DNA of 64,000 nt from Octopus sinensis (GCF_006345805.1 NC_043010.1:46500001-46564000), one strand, 5' to 3'; positions 22,461 through 36,770 are shown, counted from the stretch's first letter. The notes: generated from the letters alone by a model not told the origin. Program-made: numbers and translations.

Positions 22461-25400
22461 ACTTCATTCTTTTCAAGATTAATTTGAACAAAGACAGTGT
22501 ATTTCAACAGGAATATGCTAAGAAAAGAGTTGCCTTTCTTTGTTTCAGTTTGTTAACTCGTAAGTGGTGATGGTTGGTATGCTAGCAGCCATTTTTTGGT
22601 AGCGGTACCTAACAAATCATGATAAAGTACTTTACACTTCTCTGAGCTCACATGAAGTTCGGTGAGAGTGAATGCTACCCACCATTCTTCTCAAAAATAA
22701 TGAATAAACATTACATTTGTTTTAGTTCACATAAAGTTCAGCAAGTGTGAATGCTGGCTACATTACTTCTCAAAGGCAATGTATAAACATATCTCAGTTG
22801 CCAACTGATCTGTCATATAAGCTGTGTTCTTTTGATAGACCAGTTTTGATGAAGATAATGATGGTTTCAAATTTTATACGAAGCCAGCAGTGTTAGGGAG
22901 AGTGGAGTTACTCAATTACATTCACTCAAGTGCTCAACTGGTATACATTTTATTGACCCAAAAAAGAATGAAAGATAAAGTCGATCTGATAAGGATTTCT
23001 CTATTTCAAGAAGAACACAAATATAAACATTAAGATACAATGGTAAACAACTCAACAAAGTGTTTTTGAGTATACAATGCATAAATTATAAATGTAAATA
23101 ACAAAGTGCATTCTTTTACTTGTTTGAGTCTTTGCACTACGGTCATGCTGGAGCACTGTCTTGGAGGGTTTAATTAATTAAACTGTCCCTTATTTTTTAA
23201 GTCTTGTGCTTATCTAATTGGTCTCTTTTGCCAAACTGCTGAGTTAACAAAGCATAAACAACTTTGCTAAGATTTGTGCCTTGCAAGGGAACTTTCTAAG
23301 TGCAATCCCATGGTCATTCCTGACTGAAGGAGGTCCTTTAACCTATGCTAGCATGGAAAAAGAAATATAAAATTAAAAGATGTGTGTGTGTGAAAGTTTA
23401 TGAGCGCTGACATAGTACGTATGTGTGTGTGTATATATTCTACTTTGATCAATATTAGTTTCTATTTTTTGGTTTAAGGTCAGCAGTTTTGAAGGAATGG
23501 CAAAGTCAATTACATCAGCCCCAGTATATAACTATTACTTATTTTATTGACTCCCAAGAGAATGAAAGGTGAAGTCAACCTCGGTGGAATTTGAACTCAG
23601 AACATAAAGAGCCATAAAGAGCCTGATGAGCTAATAATTCTGCCAGCTCACCTTTTTTGTAATTTTCCTCATTACTTGTTTCCCATTATCAGACTGCAGC
23701 CATGCTGGAGCACTGCCTTGAAGCATTTGAGTTAAGCGAATTGACTCCAATACTTTTGCCAAAATGCTACATAAACACATCAACACTGGTGAGGGACAGA
23801 AACACACACACAGACACATATGTATACAATGAGCTTCTTTCAGTTTCCGTCTACCAAAGATACTTGCCTAAGATGCCACACAGTGGGACTAAACCTGGAA
23901 GCATGTGGTTGGGAAACAAACTTCTTACCACACAGCTATGCCTATTGAACAATATTTTTATCAATGTTGAACATCACCTAATTATATTCTTTCCCATGTA
24001 ATATCTTGTTTACTATTACCACTTCTGCTATATAGCTAATAGTATGAAGTCATAGTGGTAAACTCTTGATAAATCAAGCATGTTTGAGGGAGGAGTCAAG
24101 TCAATTAAATCGACTCCATTACTCAACTAATACTTATTTTATTGACCCTGAGAGAATAAATTGACCTCAGCAGAATTTAAACTCAGAACGAAAAGATGGA
24201 TGAAACGCCACTAAGCATTTTTCCCATCCTTCTATCATAATATTATTATCAAGGAAACATGTTCGTTTGTAATAGAAAGCAAATATAATCAAAATTATTA
24301 GCGGGTCCAGTTATAAGAGGTACAGAAAATTGTCTCTTAAAAATATTCAGCCAGGGCTGTCACTGTCTCATTTTCAGTATTTTTTAATGCATCCTGTAAA
24401 TCAATAAGGTCTTTGAATGTCGCTGAAGAGTTTATCTTTGTATCATGTATCTAGAGTAGGCTGTTGTAGTTTAGTCCCAGGATAACATTGATCAAGTAGT
24501 CACCATCTTTTGGTATATTTGAGACTATTTTGTCAGCGTATCCCTATATTTTAGGGCAGTAGGGTGTAATTTTAGAGAGATTTAGGAGTCGGTTTAAGTA
24601 GGCGAGTGATAACGTGAAAACTCTCTTCTTGGCTTGTCAGAGCAAGTCAGTCTGGTACGTTGGTGAAATCCAGCTTTCTCCAAACTGTAGAAGGATTTGA
24701 ACTCAACACTGCTACACTGACTTTCATCACTGTTTAATGTTATAAACTGTGTCTCCTCCAAATCAAATATTTTATCTACAGTTACAATGGAGAGAGATAG
24801 ATGTTGCAAATTGAAGTTCTGTGTGTGTCATGAACACATTTCGATGTGCTGATGGTTGGATGTGATGAGTTGACCGCTTGACCAGCATCCTTTTAAATTC
24901 AGCCATCAGTAACCTGTCTTCAACTTGAGGCTATATTTATATCCAAACCTCTGCTTTGTATTGGATGTATTTTGTCTCTTCTTGTGTTGTGAACTAAATG
25001 TTATATATATATATATCAAACAACAACAGTATATCATCATCATTACCATCATCATAATCATCACCACCTGTGTTCTATTTCTCTCTTGTCATCTTCTTAG
25101 AACCTAACTAACCACTTTCACTTTTCTACATAAAGGTGACTACCATAATAGAGCAGTGTCACAGCGCCGATCTGTTTGCCAAACAAACCAATCTCTTCAA
25201 TACTCTTCTTCACCCACGAGACTAAGAAGAGTCTCTGGTAAGTTTCTGGCACCCTCAATGTCTAGATTTAAGAATGACAGACTTTGCAAGCTTAGCTGTG
25301 TTCTGACTAACCTCTCTCTAACAATATTTAATAGCAGATTCTGAATATTTGCTGCTAAATTCTTGTTTCCAACATTAGATTTCTTTTCAATTTCTGTTTG

Positions 25401-26044
25401 TTTTTTGAGTTTGTTCATTTTTTTTTTTTAATCCTTAAGCATTTTATGACTTCAAACTTTTGTTCTCCTTTACCTAAAACACCAGCTGCCTACTGTGTTA
25501 TTGGCACATTGTTATTTCACACTAATACATAATATTCTTCCATTAACTTCATATCATTTGTCCCTGTTTCTTTCATTTATCCTTATTTCCTATCATCACT
25601 ATACCACCTACCTTCCTTCCTTGCTCTCTCTTTCATTGGCTGTCCTGAAAGATTCTGCAACTCTTCTCTTTTCCTTATTAATATTGTGTTGAGTCATTTT
25701 AATCATACCTGTTTCAACAAGCCTATATAGCATGCAAGTGACCAATCAAATGCATTGAAGCAAGCTACTGGTCAGACATTATGCTCCAGTCTAGGCTGAC
25801 ATCATGCTGCACATTACATTTTTACTGCATTACACCTGCTATAAAACAGTCCAAACTCCTACCAAAGCAATACCTGGACACCTTCTATTCTTCAGTGTTT
25901 TGATTTATGTAGCATAAACTTTTTAGCAGACCTTGTCAGAATCCAGGACAAATGGCATTCCTTTAGACAACCAACTTTTTGCTAAAATTGCTATCAGAAT
26001 GGTAAACCCAAGGCTTCTTTTCTTCAATTTCCCTTTGCTTTATA

Positions 26045-26420
26045 GCTTTTCTCTATCTTTTATTTTTTACTTGTTTCAGTCATTTGACTGCAGCCTTACT
26101 GGAACACTGCCTTGAAGGATTTTAGTTGAACAAATTGACCCCCAGGTCTGCTAAGTTACAAGGATGTAAACACACCAACACCAGTCGTCAAGTGGCAGTG
26201 GTGGTGGTGGTGATGATGGACAAACACAAACATGTGCACACACACATGCACGCACAGATGGGCTTCTTTCAGTTTCCGTCTACCAAATCCATTCACAAGG
26301 CTTTGGTCAGCCCAGGGCTATAGTAGAAGACACTTGCCCAAGGCACCACGTAAAGTGACTGAACCCAGAACCATATTGGTTGGGAAGTAGACTTCTTACC
26401 ACACAGCCACACCCACACCT
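26045..26420 (-). mobile_element. SINE family B, internally deleted
   Basis: Tail, microsatellite and head present. Confidence 0.75.
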
Positions 26421-27079
26421 ACTTATCCACCTTGGTGGATAAAAATTCTTTTTTTTTAAGTTAATTTAATAATTACATCATATACAACACATATGTATAT
26501 ATATAACTCAAAACCACATTAAAATACAAATCCAAAAACAAACGAAACATAATCATGAGAGAAGAAGAAAAAAAAAGAAGATAAAAAAGAGGAAGAAAGA
26601 AGAAAAAAAGAAAACACATCAATTTAACACAAAATGCTTCAATTGGTTACACACCACAAGGTTCAACAGAACCTACTGATGCAAGCCAACACACTCATGA
26701 CATTATTGCAGACGATTGCAAGGCTAAGGCAATGGAGCAGCCAAGCACCCTCATGGGCTTCACCTGACACCTCAGTGAGGCAAACCGCCAATGTTTATTA
26801 TTCTCCTTCCCATCTATTTGCTCATACACCACTGCGAATGAACATTGCCAATTGTTTGCCTGTTTCAGAAAACATTAACAAAAACACACCAAATAAGTCT
26901 GCCCAGTTCTTACAAACAGAACTCATTGAAGAAAATGTTTATTCAATTCCAGTAACTTGCTTCTTGTAAACAGGAGATATTTTTCAGAGACTTTGACAGA
27001 GAGATACTCAGGGATGCCTGCTGCATGAAACATTAATAGGATAATGGGACACTAATACAGTTAAATTAATGAGATCAAG

Positions 27080-27330
27080 TAGAGGCATGTGGCTTATTGG
27101 TTAAAGTGTTGAACTCATGATCATAAGATTGTGGTTTCAATTCCACAACTCAGCAACATGTTGTGTTCTTGAGCAAAACACTTCATTTCATGTTGTTCTA
27201 GTCCACTCAGCTGCCAAAAATGAGTAATCATACATCAGACTGGGGTCCCATCCAGTGGGGAATATATGCATTTTAGAAACCAGGAAAATGGCCCTATAAG
27301 TCTATTATAACTCAGGAAGGATCTTTATCC
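27080..27330 (+). mobile_element. SINE family C-related copy
   Basis: gaggcatgtggcttattggttaaag head and ttgtgttcttgagcaaaacactt block. Confidence 0.65.
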
Positions 27331-28143
27331 TTTTAATGAGACAATAAATTTTAATTAATAACACCCTTACTGCTGAGAAAAAAATTATGACCTTGAATAA
27401 TTCTGTTCAAGACAGGCAAGGGAGACAACTCTGGAATTTAAAATCACTTCAAATTAATTAAACATAGAATGTAGTGGAGGAGTGAGTCTGATGATTTAAT
27501 ATCTAACTAGGAGAAATGTTTATAGAAGTATTTCTGTTAACGGTTAAATTCTGGTGAAAACACTAACCAATTATCAAACAATGTAAAAATAACTATTTCT
27601 TGCTTATATAAATTCTACTTAAACTACGCTGTAAAGAAAACATCCAATTTATTCAAATGTTACACATCTAATTCAATTATATTTTCTTTCCATGATAAAA
27701 TCTGTGTTGAGTTAAATGGTGTAACCTTATTATGCAGCAAAAGAGAAATGTTTAGAATTAGCTGTTTGAAATATTTTTCCCTTTGAAGTGTCTAGCATTG
27801 TTAACAAATAATAGCTTTTGTAGAGGCCAAACATATGGGAATGCTCTACTGGAATATAAACTTATACAAGGTATTTAGTAACTTACATAAAATTGATCTG
27901 TGATAACAGCCAGCCATCTACAAATTCTGTTGAGACATCTTCAAAACCAAGGAAGTTCACTCTTAGTATAACAGGTAAATAGTAAAAATAAGGAATAACC
28001 ATAGCTCTGTAAACATGGATCAACTTGAGTCAATGACAGAACAAATAAACCTTTTTGTGGTTGATATGCTAGAAATGATAGCCAAATCTTCAGCACATCA
28101 CCCCTGCCATCTTGAAAACAGAACAGATAGGTCTGTTTAGACA

Positions 28144-28377
28144 GGCGGTGAGCTGGCAGAAACGTTAGCACGCTGGGCGAAATGCTTAGTGGTATTTCGT
28201 CTGCTGCTACGTTCTGAGTTCAAATTCCACCGAGGTCAACTCTGCCTTTCATCCTTTCGGGGTCAATTAAATAAGTACCAGTTACACACTGGGGTCGATA
28301 TAATCGACTTAATCCGTTTGTCTGTCCTTGTTTGTCCTCTCTGTGTTTAGCCCCTTGTGGGTAGTAAAGAAATAGAC
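28144..28377 (+). mobile_element. Full-length SINE A1 with approximate 15-bp TSD
   Basis: ga(t/c)aggtctgtttag on both sides. Confidence 0.85.
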
Positions 28378-28715
28378 AGGTCTGTTTAGCCATATATACA
28401 TGTGTGTGTGCGTGTCAACAAGCCACATGTGTAACATCACAACAAAAGAAGTAGACCTCAATATTGTTGAAAAGAAAGGACTAAATTTATTAAATGACAT
28501 ATGTATGAAACACTTACACACAGGACCCGGAGTTTCTGAGCAGTGATTCACTATTCACTGCTCCTCAACAGTATTTTGCAAGTTTAATGTATGTTAGAGC
28601 ATGTTTTGCTCTTTTATTAAACATACAAAGCTGATGAAGCACAGCAAGTATTGAATCACTGCTCAGAAACTCAGAGTCCTTAATTTAAGTGTTCTGTATC
28701 TGTGTGTGTGTGTGT

Positions 28716-29298
28716 GTTCTTTTATTCTTGTTTCAGTCATTTGACTGCAGCCATGCTGGAGCACTGCCTTGAAGGGTTTTAATCAACAAATCAACCACAG
28801 GACAAATTTTTTAAGCCTAGTACTTATTCTATCAGTCTCTTTTGCTAAACCACTAAGTTACAGGGACATAAATACACCAGCATTAGTTGTCAAGCGATAG
28901 CAAGGGGACAAACATAGATACACACACACACACAGATATATAGGGACAGTTTACGAAAAAACAAAAGACGAAGACAAGTGGTGTACAAAACAAACAGATG
29001 TATTAGTATAACGCTCAGGAATAGAAAAAGTGTTTTACGTTTTGAGCCTACGCTCTTCTACAGAAAGGGACACAGAAAAAAAACAAGGAAAGAAACAAGG
29101 AGAGAAAAAAATATATATATATGCATGTATGATTGTGTGTGTGTATATATATATATATGAGAGGCTTCTTTCAGTTTCATCTACCAAATCCACTCGCAAG
29201 GTTTTGGTCCGCCTGAGACTATAGTAGAAGACACTTGTCCAAGGCGCCAAGCAGTGAGACAGGACCTGGAACCATGTGGTTGAGAAGCAAGCTTCCTG

Positions 29299-29369
<71 letters not shown>

Positions 29370-29527
29370 GACAGGCTTCTTTCAATTTCTGTCTACCAAA
29401 TCCACTCACAAACCTTTAATTGGCCCGAAACTATAGTAGACACTTGCTGAAAGTGTCACGTAGTGGGACTGAACCTGGAACCATGTGGTTGGGAAGCAAA
29501 CTTCTTACCACACAACCACACCTGTGC
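28716..29527 (-). mobile_element. Composite SINE B with a PLE fragment in its microsatellite and a duplicated head
   Basis: SINE B tail 28716-28925, PLE-like segment 28930-29112, two head segments. Confidence 0.7.
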
Positions 29528-29904
29528 CTATACATATATATATAGAGAGAGAAAATAAAGATATCAAACATAGAATATCTGTGAAAACAACTTAGAAGAT
29601 TGGTAAATGTAAATAAAATATTCAGCAAGTCACTACAGAGAATCAAACCCTCTCAAAGTTCTGGCTTAGAGTTCTGTACCATTAATCTAAGCAACCCCTG
29701 ACAACAAATACTGTCTTTTTTTATAATGCTAAATATATATTTTGCTATGTAAGAATATTATTAGCAGGGAAGTCATGGTTGCAAAACCTTTGATTATAAA
29801 TCTATTTGATCAAAACTAAACAACATGAATTAATGCTTTCTTTCTTTGCTCAGCTTGGTGTCACAGATATTGAAGGAAGTTGGCCAATGTCACAAAACAA
29901 CAAT

Positions 29905-30122
29905 ATTGGTTTCAAACTTTGGCACAAGGCCAGCAATTTCAGGGGGGCAGGGCCAAGTCAATTACATCAATCTGAGTGCACAACTAGTACTTATTTTTAT
30001 TGGCCCTGAAAGAATGAAAAGCAAAGTCAACCCCAGTGGAATTTGAACTCAGGATGTAAGGGCAGACAAAATACTGCTAAGCATTTTGCCTGGCATGCTA
30101 ACGATTCTGCCAGCTCGCCGCC
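29905..30122 (-). mobile_element. SINE A2
   Basis: Family A core with A2 tail. Confidence 0.75.
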
Positions 30123-31014
30123 TTTGAAACAACAATATCAACTAACAAACAAAATAATCCTCATTCAGGCTTTCTTGTATTCCTCGTAAAACCCACTTAG
30201 ATGCATGATGTTTTGTTTGTTTTTTTTTTATCTTTTTCTTACATTTTCTTTCTTTTTTATTTTAATGTGTTTTATTCTCCCCCATCTCTTTCAACCTAAA
30301 AACTCAAGAAGTCATGATTTCCTCAATTAATATTTGACATTGAGACCTGTCTGATACCAACTGAAATAGATTTCTGCTCGGAACAAACACAGCAGGGAAA
30401 TCTTCCTAATTTGTTGTCTTCTCGCAGACACAGAATTAATAGCTTTGTTTTATTTATTTATTTATAACTACGCTTTCCTCCAGATAACTACAAGTAGCAC
30501 TGGCTGGAGGCCAACTAACTACCTATAAACATGTCAGCTTCTCAACAATCTAACCCCTCACCATATTCAAGTATCAACCTTCATTTTGATCATATCTGTA
30601 TGAAAGCAAACTTTCTGAAGATTTTTTTTTTTTTGCTTTGTTTTTACACCTCTACTAAATGCTACTGCCATACCTGCTATGTTTTCAAGGAAATTAAATT
30701 TCTTACCAAAATACTTTATTTAATGCTTTATTTTATATATTTTTCTGATCTCTCCCAACTCAGCATTTTTGTAAAAAAGAAGAGTTGGCTTTTCTTAAAC
30801 TTCAAGCCATAGTAGATAGGAACATGAGCCGAAAAGTAATGTATTTATCAATAAGTGGCTACAAAGTTGGTCTTTAGGGTTTAATGCCTTAACATTCAAA
30901 CTGGCCTTATCCAACCTGTTTTGTGTTCAATCTAACTAGATCAGGCCTCTTACATCTACCCTTCAATGTCATTCTAAAAACTAAACATCACATCATTGAA
31001 ATCTCAAGAGATAG

Positions 31015-31170
31015 GTGTAGGAATGACTGTGTGGTAAGTAGCTTGCTTACCAACCACATGGTTCCGGGTTCAGTCCCACTGCATGGCACCTGGGGCAAGT
31101 GTCTTCTACTATAGCCTCGGGCCAACCAAAGCTTGTGAGTGGACAGAACTGAAAGAAGCCCGTGAATATA

Positions 31171-31257
<87 letters not shown>

Positions 31258-31477
31258 CGTATATGTGTTGTGTGTCTGTGTTTGTCCCTCTAACATCACT
31301 TGACAACCGTTGCTGGTGTGTTTACATCCCTGTAACTTAGCAATTCGGCCAAAGAGACCGATAGAATAAGTACTAGGCTTCCAAAGAATAAGTCCTGGAG
31401 TCGATTTGCTTGACTAAAGGTGGTGCTCCAGCATGGCCACAGTCACATGACTGAAACAAGTAAAAGAGTAAAAGAGA
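31015..31477 (+). mobile_element. SINE family B
   Basis: Full match. Confidence 0.85.
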
Positions 31478-31964
31478 TACTGAATAATCAATTTAAAACA
31501 ATGTGAATAAGTGAACAAGCATTACATTTCACAGAATAATCTGAATGCTAATGGTTAGGTTTAAATATGGCACAAGTTTGCTAACAAAGTATTGCGACTC
31601 AGTCTACAGTGTTAAAAATATCATACCTTGCTTCAGCAACTTATGCAAAGCAAATACCAGCTTACAAAGGAGCTTCTTTACAACCACTGAACCTTTTAGA
31701 AGCAGCAACCATATCTCCCTCTGATCCCATCCTGCTATCTTAAAAAAAAATAATAAAATAGATAAAACAAATAAAACCAATAACACATGGAATATTGTGA
31801 TTCAGGTATACTATACCTAAATCTAAACTCAAGCACTATGACCAGTTGGACTTGATGCATCAAAAGCAATGGGAAAATCTATCATGTGTATATGTGTGTA
31901 TGTATTTGTGTGTGTGTGTATTTGTGCATGTGTGTGTGTACATATTTGTGCATGTGTGTGTGTA

Positions 31965-32223
31965 TTCCTTATTTCTTTATTGCCTACAGGGGGGCTAAAT
32001 ATATATTTCTTTATTGCCCACAAGGGGCTAAACATAGAGGGGCAGACAAAGGGATTAAGTCGATTACATCGACCCCAGTGCGTAACCGGTACTTTGTTTA
32101 TCGACCCCGAAAGGATGAAAGGCAAAGTTGACCTCGGCGGAATTTGAACTCAGAACATAGCGGCAGATGAAATACCGCTGAGCATTTCACCCAGTGTGCT
32201 AACGATTCTACCAGCTTGCCGCC
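31965..32223 (-). mobile_element. SINE A1 with duplicated tail tip
   Basis: tatttctttattgcc occurs twice about 35 bp apart. Confidence 0.8.
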
Positions 32224-32727
32224 TGTGTGTATTTCTGTTTACCAAATCCACTCACAAGGCTTTGGTCAGCCCGAGGCAATAGTAGAGGACACTTGCCCAA
32301 GGTGCCACACAGCGGGACTGAACCCAGAAACATGTGGTTGGGAAGCAAGCTTCTTACCACACAGCTGTGCCTGTACCTATATTCAATGATGATGATGATA
32401 TAAACAAGAGTCTACTATTGGAGCCCCATGAAGAATTTGAAATCAGTATCTGAAACTAATTAAACACTTAGCTCTTAACTCCTACACCTGCTTGCAAAGG
32501 TAAATTTTATCTCTTTCTGATATCAGTTTACAATGTAATAGAGTTGGTAGCTGTGAATGAAATGTATTGCTAAAGATAGAGTGCAACAGCAGTGAAGAGA
32601 AATGAATTGTCAAGAATTTAGCCAGCAGTTCTTGACAATTCAACCAGTAGCAACATTTGACTCTTATACAAGTATGCAGATGTTATGGACTTTTTTTTTT
32701 TTTGCACAAACCAGCAGGGTACTGTCT

Positions 32728-32953
32728 TTAACCCTTTAGCATTCAGATTATTCTGTCAAATGTAAAGCTTATGTATTCACACCATGTAAAATTAATCTTG
32801 CATCATTTCATAGCTTTGAGATTTCAATGATGTGATTGTTTATTTTTAAAATGACACAATAAGATAGCTATGAATGACTATCTGACTAGTTTGAACATAA
32901 AATAGGTAGAATATTTTGGCCGGGTATGGCCGTTTTAAACACTAAAGGGTTAA
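32728..32953. mobile_element. piggyBac-type MITE family E, full length
   Basis: TTAA at both ends, TIR cccttta/taaaggg. Confidence 0.85.
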
Positions 32954-34153
32954 GAATTTTATCTGGAAATTTCACAATGTGTGTAACTGAACTAAATAAT
33001 CATCTCAGAGGTCAAGGACAGAAACTTAGTAATGTTATATATATGTGTGTGTGTGTATATATATGTGTATATATATATATGTGTATGTATATATATATGT
33101 GTATGTATATATATATATATATAATATATATATATATATATAATATATATATATATATATTCCAGTTAAAAGCATTTGTTAGGGTTTTTCCACTCTCAAT
33201 CAGCCCTATGATCAGACATACCATCTGGCATCATCTCTTCTTCTTTTCAGGTATAGTGTATCCATACATTATCCAGTGTAATCTCCTTGGTTTTTTTTTG
33301 GTTTTTTTGCTTTTGTATCTGGCTGTATAGAGGTACATAATTTTGTTGGCTGTTTTTTTTTTGTGTGTTTTGTGTTTTTTTTTTTTTGGTAGGTGTGGTT
33401 TCCCTCTTCCTGTGCAAGGGAGTGTTAATCATTTATTAATTAGCACTTACTCTGTTAAATCATGCAAGTTCAAAGAGATACTTAATCTACCGAATAAGGT
33501 TTGAACCTGTTGGCTCCATTTACTCATAACAAAATCATTTTCAATTTAATCAACATTTATCACAATGTTTCACTTTCTTCATAAATCATTGTATCATTTA
33601 ACCATCCCTGCACACAACTAGATGATTATTATTATTTTGTGTTTCATTTTGTTATTTATTATTTTCTTTTGATGTATAGATGAAAATTTTTTTTTTAATG
33701 TAAGTTATGTATTTTTTTATCAAATTGATATAAGTAAATTTACTATATTATATATCATATGCTTGTACACCTGCAACATATTTTAAAATACTGTTCAAGC
33801 ATTTGTAAATAGAGTATCAGTGTGTTATATATATATATTTGAGAAGTAATTCATCCTCATCATCATTTAACTCATTAGCTTTTAAAATGGCCATATCTAG
33901 CCTAAATATTCTACCTGTTTTATGTTCAAATTGTCAAAATCTGGTCTCTTACATCTACCCTACAATGTCTTTCTAAAAATGTGCAATCACATGACTGACA
34001 TCTCAAAGCTATGAGATAATGCTTGATTAGTTTAAAACAATGTGAATTTAATAAGTATTAAATTTGACAGAGCATATGTTATATGCACATTCATACAACA
34101 CAATGCACATGCACAAATTTTATAAGTCTTGTCATTCAATTTATTTATATATA

Positions 34154-34204
<51 letters not shown>

Positions 34205-34221
34205 CTTTATTCATGCACCCT

Positions 34222-34513
34222 TTTCAAGCCTAACCAGGCTCATGGGCCCGATTTCCTGGTTTCTATGGTGTATGTGTTCCCCCCAGCTGGACGAGATGCC
34301 AGTCCATTGCTGCATTACTCAAGAAAAAGAAAGAAAGAGTGAGAGAAAGTTGGAGCGAGAGAGTACAACAGGGGTCGCCACCACCCCCTGCTGGAGCCTC
34401 ATGGAGCTATAGGTGTTTTCGCTCAATTAACACACACAACGCTCGGTCTGGGAATCGAATCCGCGATCCTCCGACCGCGGGTCTGCTGCTTAACCACTGG
34501 ACCATTGCACCTC
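34222..34513 (-). mobile_element. SINE family G
   Basis: Homologous to 17713-17980. Confidence 0.75.
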
Positions 34514-34732
34514 CACACACATATATATTATATATATTATATATATATATATATATATAATATATATAATTGATTCATGTATAAATACAGTTATTTAGGT
34601 TTTGGTGGAGTGACAATACATTTACAAACTTTTTTATACTACAAAACATAGCACAATACTGAATTACTTATTCCTTTCTGAGTTGGGAAAATACAAGTTA
34701 TGGTGTATGTATGCATGTATACATAACTGTTT

Positions 34733-34869
<137 letters not shown>

Positions 34870-35286
34870 ATTTCAACTTTCATTCTTCTTCTCAACCTAT
34901 GTGCAGGAATAGGTTGCAATCTGCTTTTCTCTGAAGCACTATCCCCTCCATAGCATTATGGTTTTTGCAAGCAACTGCTGTCTGCAACATCTTTCTGATT
35001 GACACCTTGATAAATACGTAGAGAAATTGGTGCTCTGTTTACTCAAAAATATGTTAGCATATGTTTATGCATGATGAAAAATGTAAATAATACTATTCCA
35101 TTGCTACTTAATAACCAAAAATGTAGCTAAACAAAACATAAAGTAAACTTTATGTCAATTTTTTTTTGTAAACATGTCTTTCACCCAGAAAGCGATAAAT
35201 ACATAGTTTGCATCTCATCAGAACGCCTGTTTTTATTTCCTGTCTTTCTTACATTCTTCAAACATTTCACATTAAAAATCTTAAGT

Positions 35287-35771
35287 TTAACCCTTTAGCA
35301 TTCAGACTACTCTATAAAGTGTGATGCTTGATTTATTCAACTTCTTTTGAATTAATCATTATCTTGTAGCTTGAAGATTTCAATGATGTGATTGTTCATT
35401 TTTAGAATGACATTGTACGGTGAGTGTGAAAGACTAGGTTTCGTCAGTTTGAATGTAAAACAGATAGAATATTTTGGGCCAGGTATGGCCAGTTTAAATG
35501 CTAAAGCAGCGGTTCTCAAGCATTTTTAACCATGGACTCCTTTGATTCTCATTTTACTCGACTGGACTCCCACAGCTAGTCGGTGTTCAAAAAATCTATT
35601 TAAATTTTCATAATTAAATATTAGGAATTGTACAAGAAAATTTCTCAGAATATTTTGTATATTGTAGAAGTATAACAAATTTATTGTACATAAATTTCGA
35701 CAGCAAAATCTTATGTGAATCCCCAAAGGTCATAAGGAGTCCTGTAAAGAACCACTGTGTTAAAGAGTTAA
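35287..35771. mobile_element. piggyBac-type MITE E interrupted in its right TIR by a hAT-type MITE
   Basis: MITE E runs to 35506 and resumes at 35766. Confidence 0.75.
35507..35757. mobile_element. hAT-type MITE
   Basis: TIRs cagcggttct/agaaccactg; 8-bp TSD tgctaaag/tgttaaag; partial homologs at about 3723 and 57494. Confidence 0.8.
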
Positions 35772-36477
35772 ATTATTCAGTATTTCATCTTTGGTGTTCT
35801 TTCTTAGCATAAACATCAAATCAAGGAGAGGCATCTTGCTATGTTGGACATTAGTGTATGTGATATTTATTTATAAAGTTTCACTTATTCTGTTGCACTA
35901 AGTTAACTAACTAATTATCTTTTAGATATAAAAATAGCACAGTTAAAGCAAATTCCAAAAATATTTTCAGTTAAAAATAGATTTAACTGTTTAGCATTTA
36001 GAGTATTTTCTCGAATGTAATGCTTATTTATTCATATAGCTTTGAATTAATCATGCTTTGTCTCATAGCATCAAAATTTTGATGATGTGATTGATTTTTA
36101 GAATGACATCATAGGGTAGCTGTAAGAACCAAATATGCTCAAGGGTTAAGCACCTAATTTTTGAAGTGAGGGATTGGCAACTGCTCTGTAATGTAATTGG
36201 TGACAGTTATTTGGCACATGATGTTTTCCTGGTTTTTGTCATTGAACTGTAGGCCATGCCATTCCATGTAAATCTTCTATTATGAGGAAGTCCCAGAGGT
36301 GCTTATAATATAGAGCCCATTGATAGCTTGAATATTAATCATGTTAATGAAGAGAGCAAAGTTTCTCATAAGAGCAAACCTGATAAAGTATCAACAGAGC
36401 TATGATATACCATACATAGGTTTACATAAAGGAGTATTTGAATACTTATGTATTCAAATACAAGCCTTAGTGTAGAT

Positions 36478-36770
36478 CATCATCATTTAATGTCCGCCTT
36501 CCATGCTAGCATGGGTTAGACGATTTGAGTGAGGACTGGCGAAGCAGATGGCTGCGCCAGGCTCCAATCTGATCTGGCAGAGTTTCTACAGCTGGATGCC
36601 CTTCCTAACGCCAATCACTCCGAGAGTGTAGTGGGTGCTTTTACATGCCACTGGCACAAGGGCCAGTCTGGCAGTACTGGCAACAGCCATGCTCAAAATG
36701 GTGTTTTTTACATGCCACCTGCACAGGAGTCAGTCCAGTGGCACTAGCAACAACCTTGCTTGAATGTTAT
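36478..36770 (-). mobile_element. Family D RTE-type 3' UTR fragment
   Basis: (ATC)n then tttaatgtccgccttccatgctagcatggg. Confidence 0.75.

Noticed and set aside
26634-26969. 111-aa plus-strand ORF
   Set aside because: No recognisable domain and no convincing splice sites.
28623-28690. Hammerhead-like CTGATGA..GAAAC..GTC
   Set aside because: Helix II is out of register by 2 nt, helix I is only 3 bp, and GAAAC lies in a TIR.
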